A stretch of DNA of 64,000 bases from a bacterium. Lineage in GTDB: Bacteria; Bacteroidota; Ignavibacteria; UBA10030. Shown piece after piece: positions 43,501 through 51,066 of this stretch. The stretch spans positions 1-64,000 of the forward strand of contig JAZDJN010000054.1 of assembly GCA_043803945.1 (NCBI GenBank), written 5' to 3'. Numbering within the stretch: the stretch's first letter is position 1; each line of letters opens with the position of its first letter. The notes under the pieces are model-generated. The model was not told where the DNA came from and searched no databases. It saw nothing but the letters and a program-made list of their open reading frames with translations. The position numbers and the translations under genes were made by a program.

Positions 43501-43678
43501 CTATGCTGCCAATCTCTTTGCTAATTCAATTAACTCTTCTATCTCACTCTCCCCAAACAACTTCTCCACCGCGTTATTCATCTCACGCTTTCATTATACC
43601 AGTTCGATATTTTACCTTTGGCTCTTCAACGCCAAAACCAATGCGCCGCTTGGGAGAGGTGGGTGGAGCCATCAATTG
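43501..43678 (-). repeat. Direct repeat unit 1: orphan ORF6N-protein tail plus 26-codon ORF
   Basis: QLMAPPTSPKRRIGFGVEEPKVKYRTGIMKA*, then 1 nt, then MNNAVEKLFGESEIEELIELAKRLAA*. Offset from unit 2 is 427 bp. Confidence 0.8.
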
Positions 43679-45015
43679 TCAAATAGTTTCTCAGCCAAAG
43701 GCTGATCCGCCAAACAGATGGCGGACAGGTGCGCCGGTGCAAGGGCTTCCTTCGTTTCATCAATCGAGGCAAGCGTTCTCGACACCCAGAAATCGTTAAA
43801 GATTGTTACGAGCACCGGTATCTGCCCTGTCGTTCCCTCTTCCTGAGCCGGCAGCATATTGAAGTGCTCGAAATTCTCCCAGTAGTCGACAATAAGGAAC
43901 TCTTCCTTTTCCTCTTCTGTCATATTCGCGCCTTTGATTCCCTGGCGCTGGAACTTTGTCTGTGCGGCATACACGTTTTTATCAACGAGATATTTCTCCT
44001 CGACTGCCTTATCAAACGTATAAAGGAAGGTGGGAATCTTATCGTGACAATCGAAAAACTTAAACGTGTCCCGCTCAATGAACTCCGCGGGTGTGGCTGT
44101 CAATCCGATCTGCACACCATCGAAGTATGCCAGGACATCTGTGAATTTGTTGTAAATGGAGCGGTGACATTCGTCTGTTATAATCAAATCGAAATCGGCC
44201 GGAGTGAACTTATCGTAACATAACTCGAGTGTCTGGAGTGTGGAGACACAGATGCGTTTCCGTTTCGCATCCTCAAGATCGTAGGTGCGAATGCGGGCTC
44301 GTGACTCGTTGGGGAGGAACACCTTGAATCCATCTGTCAATGCTTGTTCTACGAGTGCATCCCGGTCGGCAAGGAACAGAATCCTCTGAGCTTGATGCGT
44401 CTTCAGAAACAGATCGATCAACGCCATTATCGTGCGGGTCTTTCCTGTTCCCGTTGCCATCACGAGAAGCGCTTTCCGCTTCTTCTTGGTTTCTATTGTT
44501 TCGGAGATCCTTCGAATCGCCTCTACCTGGTAGGAGCGGTTAACAATTGTTGCATCGATCTGGATACTGTTGAGGGGCTTCTTGTTTTGTTTCAGGAAGA
44601 GGAGGCGCTCAAGATTTTCCCGTGAGAAAAATCCAGCCACCTGCCGTGCGGCCGCTGCCTCGCTATCCCAGAAGAAGATATCTTCTCCATTTGCCATGAA
44701 TCCGAATGGGCGGAAGCTTTGTTTCTTTTCGATTCCTTGCAGGTACTCCAGGATCTGCTGTTTGCCGACACGTGCATCTCGGCTCGTTCGTTTTGCCTCG
44801 ACAACAGCGAGTACCTCACCGTTTGTGCGATAGAGACAATAATCGGTGAACCCTTCCTGAGGAGATGCATCGTAACCTGCAACGGGGATTTCGAATGCGA
44901 CCTGTGTGCGGTCGGAGATATTCCATTCGACTTTCCTGATCTGCGGGTCTATAATGTTGTACCGAGTCTGTGCTTCGCTTATTCTATAACGATTTGTACT
45001 CAGGCTACACCCCAA
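43672..45015 (-). pseudogene. hsdR: Type I R-M restriction subunit (EcoEI/EcoAI-like), internally deleted and truncated
   Basis: TDY...VEAKR nuclease motif, MATGTGKT, DECH and TATP are present. Helicase motifs IV-VI (no QxxGR) and most of the C-terminus are missing; only 447 codons remain. Confidence 0.87.
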
Positions 45016-45039
45016 TGAGCAGTGAATGATATAAACACG

Positions 45040-45301
45040 TTACGCAAAATGGATTGATCATCGATTAAGAGAGTTTTATTTCTTGGTATACTTAATCCTC
45101 CCATATGGGGTTGTCCAATGTGTAGGACGAGTTGTCCGACTTTTAGTCGAGCTAACTCGTCCACATTCCTGAAAATTTTAGGATTTATATGTGTCACGGT
45201 ATGGACCGTGACACCCACGCGATCCTTTTAGACACCCCGAAAGGAGAGGTCAGATGCAAGATCTACCGCTTTAATCAAGCAGTTCGTTCTTTCTGCGTAA
45301 C
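45040..45301 (+). mobile_element. Composite non-autonomous element, copy C (scaffold, inner element 45107-45238, different REP-like doublet)
   Basis: Same flank lengths and motifs as copy A (TTACG.AAAA...ATCATC.ATTAA...CCCATATG; GAGGTCA...GCGTAAC), but more diverged. Confidence 0.62.
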
Positions 45302-45395
45302 ATCAGTGATTAAAACACAACGACGAGAAAGAGCTCTTAAAATCTAATATTCCTTTGTGTCGTTGTGGTTCAATTCTTTTGTGTATTTACAAATG

Positions 45396-45476
45396 AAAAA
45401 ACCCGCCTGACGTTTGCTGTTCTCACGCCCCACGGGTTCATTGTTGCTGGTTTCACTCTCCTCTGTTCAGCAAGTT
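45396..45476 (-). ncRNA. Candidate short structured transcript or leader
   Basis: Minus-strand promoter TTGCTT-17-TAGATT (45511-45483), a TTGCTG/CAGCAA stem, then AACCCG...CGGGTT running into a T6 tract. Confidence 0.4.
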
Positions 45477-45544
45477 GTATTAAATCTACCTTTCTACGAG
45501 TTTAAAAGCAATCATTCTAAAAGCGATGTCTATAGGGACTTCGT

Positions 45545-45573
45545 TTGATTTTCTCTACAAAATCAGCTACACT
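45545..45573 (+). promoter_or_regulatory. Putative sigma70 promoter for the PP2C-ATPase pair
   Basis: TTGATT-17 nt-TACACT. Confidence 0.45.
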
Positions 45574-45590
45574 TTTATGGAAAAACGATA

Positions 45591-45706
45591 GCCACTAAGA
45601 CACGCCTGCCCGCCGCAAAGATTCTTTCAGGTAGGCGGGAAGTCACTAAGAATTTCTGTAAATATAAAAATACTCATGATTCTTCGTGCATTGGGGACTT
45701 AGTGGC
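45591..45706. repeat. Palindromic element (GCCACTAAG...CTTAGTGGC) with inserted micro-palindrome
   Basis: Inverted 9-bp termini, internal CACTAAG repeat and CCTGCCCGCCGCA...AGGCGGG insert at 45605-45639. Confidence 0.65.
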
Positions 45707-45764
45707 AATTATGTTATCGAGGACCGTTTATCTCTATCGTTGAAGAAAAGGATCATGCTGGTCA

Positions 45765-46997
45765 ATGCTTAGTCAACGCAGGTTATACCGAACTATCGAG
45801 AGTTTTGCTTCGGAACATTTTAAAACCGATAAAGAGCTTCTGAAGCATGTGCTCAATGAGATTGTCAAGGATGAACAGATCACGATTAAAGGCGGGCGCA
45901 TCTGGGAATATGAACCGGAGAGCGAATCCTACCGATTGATCCATCAAATCGGCGTTATCGACAAGCTCGAACAAGACTACCGAATACAGGTCTCCCGCTA
46001 TCCGCTCTTCCACCGGCTGGTCGAACATCGTTCCATCATTGCCAATGAGACCGACTCCTATCTGCGGAAAGCCGGCATAATAAAATTTTCAGCAACCGGT
46101 GTAGGGGAGAAGATGCAATGGAAAAAAGGGCTGGTCTTTCAATACATCCTTGCCTTTAATTCCGATTCGATGGAAGACTCACTGCTTTCCGATTTAAATA
46201 TTATCGGCCTTGCGGTGACATCCGCGATGAAGGGCAGGAAGATCGAACGTAAAGCGCATTTGCTTGAAAAAGATATCGACAAGGCGCGTGAAATCCAGCA
46301 GAGCATCCTTCCCCAGCATGCCCACAACTTCCACCACTTTGAGATCTACGGTATCTCCATCCCCGACAGAATTGTCGGAGGTGATTTCTTTGATTACCTC
46401 CAGGCAGATGGCGAACCAGATCGGTTGAGTGTGGTCATCGGGGATGCTGCAAGCAAGGGATTCCGCGCCGCCGCGCAGGCGTTGTATGTTGCCGGTGCAT
46501 TGCGGATGGGAATATCCTACCATACGAAAATCGGCCTGTTGATGTCCAATCTTAACCGGTTGGTGAATAAAACGTTTTCTGAAGAACAATTTGTAACAAT
46601 GTTCTATGCGGATCTCTCCAACGACAAGAAGGGACTGGTCCTCTACGCCAATGCGGGTCACAACAGCCCATTCGTGTTCCATGCCGATGACAAATCGGTG
46701 GAGCTGCTTGAGGCAACCGGACAAATTCTGGGGCCATTTCCGCAACGCGGATACAGGGTAGAACACACTCACCTGCTTCCGGGAGATGTGCTTGTGATGT
46801 ACACGGACGGTGTCAGTGAAGCAATGGGGCCGGGCGGGCAATACGGCGAAGAGCGTGTCATTCATGTTACGCAAGAGGCGTATAAGCAGAGTGCAAAAGA
46901 AATCTGTCAAAGGATTGTTGAAGATGTAACAAAATTCTCAGCTGGATCCACCGATGCCGATGACCAAACTGTTGTGGTCATTAAGCGTATGGGATAA
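45765..46997 (+). CDS. PP2C/SpoIIE (RsbU-like) Ser/Thr phosphatase with GAF-like N-terminus
   Basis: VGGDFFD, IGDAASKG, NAGHN, YTDGVSE and DDQTVVVI. Confidence 0.9.
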   Translation: MLSQRRLYRTIESFASEHFKTDKELLKHVLNEIVKDEQITIKGGRIWEYEPESESYRLIHQIGVIDKLEQDYRIQVSRYPLFHRLVEHRSIIANETDSYLRKAGIIKFSATGVGEKMQWKKGLVFQYILAFNSDSMEDSLLSDLNIIGLAVTSAMKGRKIERKAHLLEKDIDKAREIQQSILPQHAHNFHHFEIYGISIPDRIVGGDFFDYLQADGEPDRLSVVIGDAASKGFRAAAQALYVAGALRMGISYHTKIGLLMSNLNRLVNKTFSEEQFVTMFYADLSNDKKGLVLYANAGHNSPFVFHADDKSVELLEATGQILGPFPQRGYRVEHTHLLPGDVLVMYTDGVSEAMGPGGQYGEERVIHVTQEAYKQSAKEICQRIVEDVTKFSAGSTDADDQTVVVIKRMG

Positions 46998-47035
46998 AGA
47001 GGAACTGATAATCGTTTATTTTGGAGGAAGAGGTA

Positions 47036-48643
47036 ATGACTGATCAAAAAAAAGTTGGTGTTGTGACACAGGTGAATAGCGGATCGTTAACTGTCATTCT
47101 CGATACGACCGTCACAACGCTTGTCCGTGAGTTGAGCGGGAAAATTTATTATATCGGCCAGATCGGAACGTACTACCTGATTCCGGTAAACAAGCTGCTT
47201 ATTGTGACCATGGTCTCGGATATCCGCAAAGCAGAAAATGTGGAAAATGGGAAATCGTCGCAGCGTTATCTTATGACACTTAATCTTGTTGGAACGGTAA
47301 AAGCCGGCCGTTATGAACGTGGAGTTTCATTTATTCCACCCGTTGATTCACCCGTCTTCATTGCAGAGGATGCCGATCTGACCGCTGTCTTTTCAATCTT
47401 CAGGAAGTTTGGTTTTTCAGTTGGACAGCTCTCCTTGTTTGAGCGTGAGCGTGCATTCCTGGATCCGAACAAATTTTTTGGGAAACACCTTGCCGTACTC
47501 GGATCGAGCAGTGCAGGAAAATCGTGCACGGTTGCATCAATCCTGCAAAAAGTTGCCTTCTATCCGGATGCGAATATCATCATCCTCGATATTCATAATG
47601 AGTACAGTACGGCCTTCCCCGATGTCAGCAAGCATCTCAACATTGCGGAGCTGGAAATGCCCTTCTGGCTGATGAACCTTGAAGAAATGCGAGAGACGTT
47701 CATTGACGATCGTGATGAAAATGCATCAAGCCAGTTAACAGTCTTCAAAGACCTTATTATGATGTCGAAGAAAGCCAAGAATCCGCAGCTTGCCGAGGTC
47801 TTGACGATCGATACGCCGGCATATTTCGATCTCGCTGAAGTCCGTGCGAAGATGCAATATCTGGATACGGAAAGAATCTCCGGTGCGAGCTCAGGTGGTG
47901 CAAAGGAGGGCCCGTTCTATGGCAAGTTTGCCCGATTTCTTGTCCGGCTCGATAGCCGCCTGAACGATCCCCGCTATGCCTTTATGTTCAAGCCCAAAAA
48001 CTATATCCAGTCTTCTTCCCTTAAAGAATTGCTGAGTGAAATCTTTGGTGCCGAGGGAAGCGCTCAAGTTACCATTATGGATATGAGCGGTATCCCATTC
48101 GATATTGTGAATACCATCGTTTCGCTGGTTGCCCGGATGGCATTCGATTTCAACTTCTGGAATAACAACCGCCGGGATTTTCCAATTCTTCTTGTTTTTG
48201 AGGAGGCGCACAACTATTTGCCATCCAGCGGTATCGCCGGCGCTGCACGGAAAACCGTTGAACGTATTGCGAAAGAGGGACGTAAGTACGGAGTGAGTTG
48301 TATGATTGTCAGCCAACGGCCTGCCGAAGTCTCTGAGACGATTATTTCTCAGTGTAACAACTTTGTCATCCTTCGCCTCACGAACCCGATCGATCAGAAC
48401 TATGTGCGTAAACTGATGTCGGATACCTTCTCAGGCTTAATCGATACACTTCCTTCACTCAGGCAGGGCGAGGCATTGATTGTAGGTGAAGCGATTCCGA
48501 TGCCGCTTCGGGTTCAGATAGATTTTCCAAATCCCGAGCCTGCAAGCGCCGACATCAAGTTCTTCGACAAGTGGAAGCAGAGTGATAATAAGACGATCGT
48601 GCCCGATGTCGTTGAGAGGTGGTGGAGACAGATCAGGCATTGA
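47036..48643 (+). CDS. HerA/FtsK-like ATPase (DUF87/DUF853) with HAS barrel
   Basis: GQIG HAS barrel, KHLAVLGSSSAGKS, DIHNEY, FEEAHNY and KEGRKYGVSCMIVSQRP. Confidence 0.9.
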   Translation: MTDQKKVGVVTQVNSGSLTVILDTTVTTLVRELSGKIYYIGQIGTYYLIPVNKLLIVTMVSDIRKAENVENGKSSQRYLMTLNLVGTVKAGRYERGVSFIPPVDSPVFIAEDADLTAVFSIFRKFGFSVGQLSLFERERAFLDPNKFFGKHLAVLGSSSAGKSCTVASILQKVAFYPDANIIILDIHNEYSTAFPDVSKHLNIAELEMPFWLMNLEEMRETFIDDRDENASSQLTVFKDLIMMSKKAKNPQLAEVLTIDTPAYFDLAEVRAKMQYLDTERISGASSGGAKEGPFYGKFARFLVRLDSRLNDPRYAFMFKPKNYIQSSSLKELLSEIFGAEGSAQVTIMDMSGIPFDIVNTIVSLVARMAFDFNFWNNNRRDFPILLVFEEAHNYLPSSGIAGAARKTVERIAKEGRKYGVSCMIVSQRPAEVSETIISQCNNFVILRLTNPIDQNYVRKLMSDTFSGLIDTLPSLRQGEALIVGEAIPMPLRVQIDFPNPEPASADIKFFDKWKQSDNKTIVPDVVERWWRQIRH

Positions 48644-48669
48644 TAATTGTCGAGACATTGTTATGCGTG

Positions 48670-48699
48670 AAAAGGTGTGCCGATGGTACACCTTTTTTT
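48670..48699 (+). terminator. Intrinsic terminator after the ATPase
   Basis: AAAAGGTGTGCC-GAT-GGTACACCTTTTTTT. Confidence 0.8.
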
Positions 48700-48712
48700 G
48701 TGGTGATCTTTT

Positions 48713-49018
48713 CACTGTTCCCCGAGTGCCGTTGTCGGCCTGCCCGCCGCAGCCATGCGCAGGCGGGGGATCTATCATGCAGTGGAGTGTGGTTCCGTGT
48801 AGCAGATCCCAAACTGAAGCATTTTGGGATCACTGGTTATTTCCTGTTATCTCCTCAACCCTCAGTGATCCCCGAATGCTTTTATCGGGGATCTGTCATG
48901 CGTGGAGTATAGTTCCGCGTAGTAGATCCCAAACTGAGGCCCGCCTTCGCACTTCGTGTTTCCGCCTGCTCTGAAGCTCCGGCGGACGGGTCGGCGGGCA
49001 AGCATTTTGGGATCACTG
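48713..49018. repeat. Tandem pair of REP-doublet (REPIN-like) units
   Basis: Units 48713-48835 and 48863-49018: CA(C/G)TG.TCCCCGA.TGC...TCGGGGATCT-spacer-AGATCCCAAACTGAAGCATTTTGGGATCACTG. Each has a different GC-rich insert. Confidence 0.8.
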
Positions 49019-49102
49019 TATTTGCGTGTTGATGTCCATCATTAGCGGGAACACCATGAGCGAAACGGACGTTATTCTTTTATAGAGAAGAACAAGCTCA
49101 GG

Positions 49103-49489
49103 CTATAGGGCATCGATTACACGATGCAGCCTTCTGTTAACCTCATCCGCGATGACTCCTATATGCGGGTTCTCAAGGATTTTTGTCATGATCATCGGAT
49201 CGAACGCAGCGACAACCGTTTGCTCCTCTTTTTCATAGACGATGACGTTACAAGGGAGCAAGAGTCCAACCTCTTCTTCGGCAAGCAGCGCTTTATGGGC
49301 GAAGGGAGGATTGCATGCACCGAGAATGACATACTTCTTAAAGTCGACATTCAATTTTTTCTTGAGAGTCTCTTTGACATCGATTGTCGTTAGTACTCCG
49401 AATCCCTCTTTCTTCAATTCCTCGGTGACCCGTTCGATTGCTTCTTCGTACGTCATAGAAACAGTTTTTGAGAAGCCGTATTTCATCAT
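49103..49489 (-). CDS. DUF302 domain protein
   Basis: GFGVLTTIDV...ILGACNP...GLLLPCNVIV. Confidence 0.92.
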   Translation of the reverse strand: MMKYGFSKTVSMTYEEAIERVTEELKKEGFGVLTTIDVKETLKKKLNVDFKKYVILGACNPPFAHKALLAEEEVGLLLPCNVIVYEKEEQTVVAAFDPMIMTKILENPHIGVIADEVNRRLHRVIDAL

Positions 49490-49556
49490 TCCCCCTTTTG
49501 AAAGTTCCATTCCGCAATTCCTCCTCCCATATGTGCCATCTTGAATCCAAATTTCT

Positions 49557-49790
49557 TTAATTCAAACCGCAAGCACCACCGCAGCATTCACCGCCCGTTT
49601 CACAAGGAGGCGCTGAAGGGTAATTTGAGGAGGATGAACCGGACATTGAAACCGATGCAGCCGATATCAGTTTTTTATGCTGAGTAGATCCGCAACTCGG
49701 GCAGATCACATCTTCGATTACTTCTTTTGTTTTATGATATACGTCGTACGTCCCTCCGCAATCCACACAGCGATAATCGTAAATGGGCAT
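49557..49790 (-). CDS. FmdB-family zinc ribbon protein
   Basis: MPIYDYRCVDCG...CPSCGS with Cys-rich tail CETGGECCGGAC. Confidence 0.9.
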   Translation of the reverse strand: MPIYDYRCVDCGGTYDVYHKTKEVIEDVICPSCGSTQHKKLISAASVSMSGSSSSNYPSAPPCETGGECCGGACGLN

Positions 49791-49852
49791 TCTATTCTCC
49801 TATAAGTGTTTTGCAAAAATATTGATAAAACTGTCAACTCCAGTTTATGTGG

Positions 49853-49987
49853 AAAAATCAAAAATGAAAAATCAAAATGACAACGGAAAATGAAGATATC
49901 GAAAGAGTAGCATAATTCACATATGAGTTCTTCATCATTTTGATTTTTACATTGTTATTTTGCTCTTTTCACTCTAATTCTTGATTT
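49853..49987. repeat. Inverted arrays of ~7-nt A-rich repeats
   Basis: AAAAATC-AAAAATG-AAAAATC-AAAATGAC facing CATTTTGATTTTTACATTGTTATTTTG. Confidence 0.55.
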
Positions 49988-50039
49988 AAGATATTTTACC
50001 TTGTGAAGATGTGATGCAGTAAATCTCAAAACGATTCAT

Positions 50040-50864
50040 CTACAATCCTGCGGCATCCCAAAGATTTCTGGTGTCGATTATGAGCTTTGCTATCTTTTGG
50101 CACACCTTCTTAAAATATTCATCTGCTTTTCCCTGATCGAATTTTACATACCCCTGCTTTTCTTTGTAGAGCATAATCGATGTCGGTGAAGGATATGCAG
50201 TATAGCTGCCGCTTGGAGGCAGGGGCGCTGCAAGATTATCCGAGTACAGCTCTTTTTTCACCAGTTTGGGATTGACAGCCTGAATAAATGCATTTTCATT
50301 CCAGCCGGCATGGCCGCCATCCTCACCAAAGACAGAGATCGTCACATCCGAGGTGTATGTCCACCAGTTTATGACGAGGGTCCGTACTTTCTTTTCCTGA
50401 CCCACTTCTGTCGCAACCTGGCTGAGCACAGTGGATTGGATACCGCCGTGGCCGTTCACCACAATGATATTTTTGAATCCCATCTTTGCCATCCCTGATA
50501 TGACATCCTTCAGATAGGCACGGTAGGCCGGCTCGGAAATTGCGAAAGAGCCGGGATATGCATCGAGGCTTCCGGTAATACCATAGGGGACGACAGGAGC
50601 GACGAGGGCATTCACCTCTGCGGCGATTGTTTGCGCGATTGCCTGAGGAGCAATAATATCGGCTCCATTGTTGATAACGCCGTGTGCTTCAAGTGTGCCG
50701 GTCGGAAGAATCACCGTGCTGATCCTGGAAGGTACGAGCTGCCGGATTTCCATCCAATTCAAGTCGCTCAGTTCGCGAGAAGGTACTGTCTCCTTTGCTT
50801 GTGCAAAGAGTACCAATGGAAACAGCACAAATACAATCAATTGTATCATTCGTCTCTTCATCAT
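50040..50864 (-). CDS. Creatininase-family amidohydrolase with signal peptide
   Basis: LPTGTLEAHG...AD, NGHGG and HAGWNE. Start after AAGGAG; N-terminus MMKRRMIQLIVFVLFPLVLFA. Confidence 0.87.
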   Translation of the reverse strand: MMKRRMIQLIVFVLFPLVLFAQAKETVPSRELSDLNWMEIRQLVPSRISTVILPTGTLEAHGVINNGADIIAPQAIAQTIAAEVNALVAPVVPYGITGSLDAYPGSFAISEPAYRAYLKDVISGMAKMGFKNIIVVNGHGGIQSTVLSQVATEVGQEKKVRTLVINWWTYTSDVTISVFGEDGGHAGWNENAFIQAVNPKLVKKELYSDNLAAPLPPSGSYTAYPSPTSIMLYKEKQGYVKFDQGKADEYFKKVCQKIAKLIIDTRNLWDAAGL

Positions 50865-51066
50865 GAACTCCTTGAAATGTCGATACTCTCTCTGCATTAA
50901 GAAAACCAGATAATAGGACACAGATGACACAAGAAAACCACTGATCATCACAGATAATATTTTAAGAAGATTATTGAGGGTATTCATTACTCAGAATAAT
51001 AAGGGTGTTGTGTCGATCTTGTATTTTTCAGTGTCATCAGTGTTCAAATATTTTCTCACTGAGCAG

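Noticed and set aside
43074-43678. Repeats as a CRISPR array
   Set aside because: Only two long, diverged, coding-derived units. There is no 25-45 nt repeat-spacer periodicity and no cas genes anywhere in the window.
45000-45218. 72-aa ORF with receiver-like KTLLIDD
   Set aside because: It lies wholly in repeat copy C, and the equivalent frames in copies A and D contain stops.
48582-48974. ORFs of 97-130 aa after the ATPase
   Set aside because: They are translations of the terminator and the tandem REP-like repeats.
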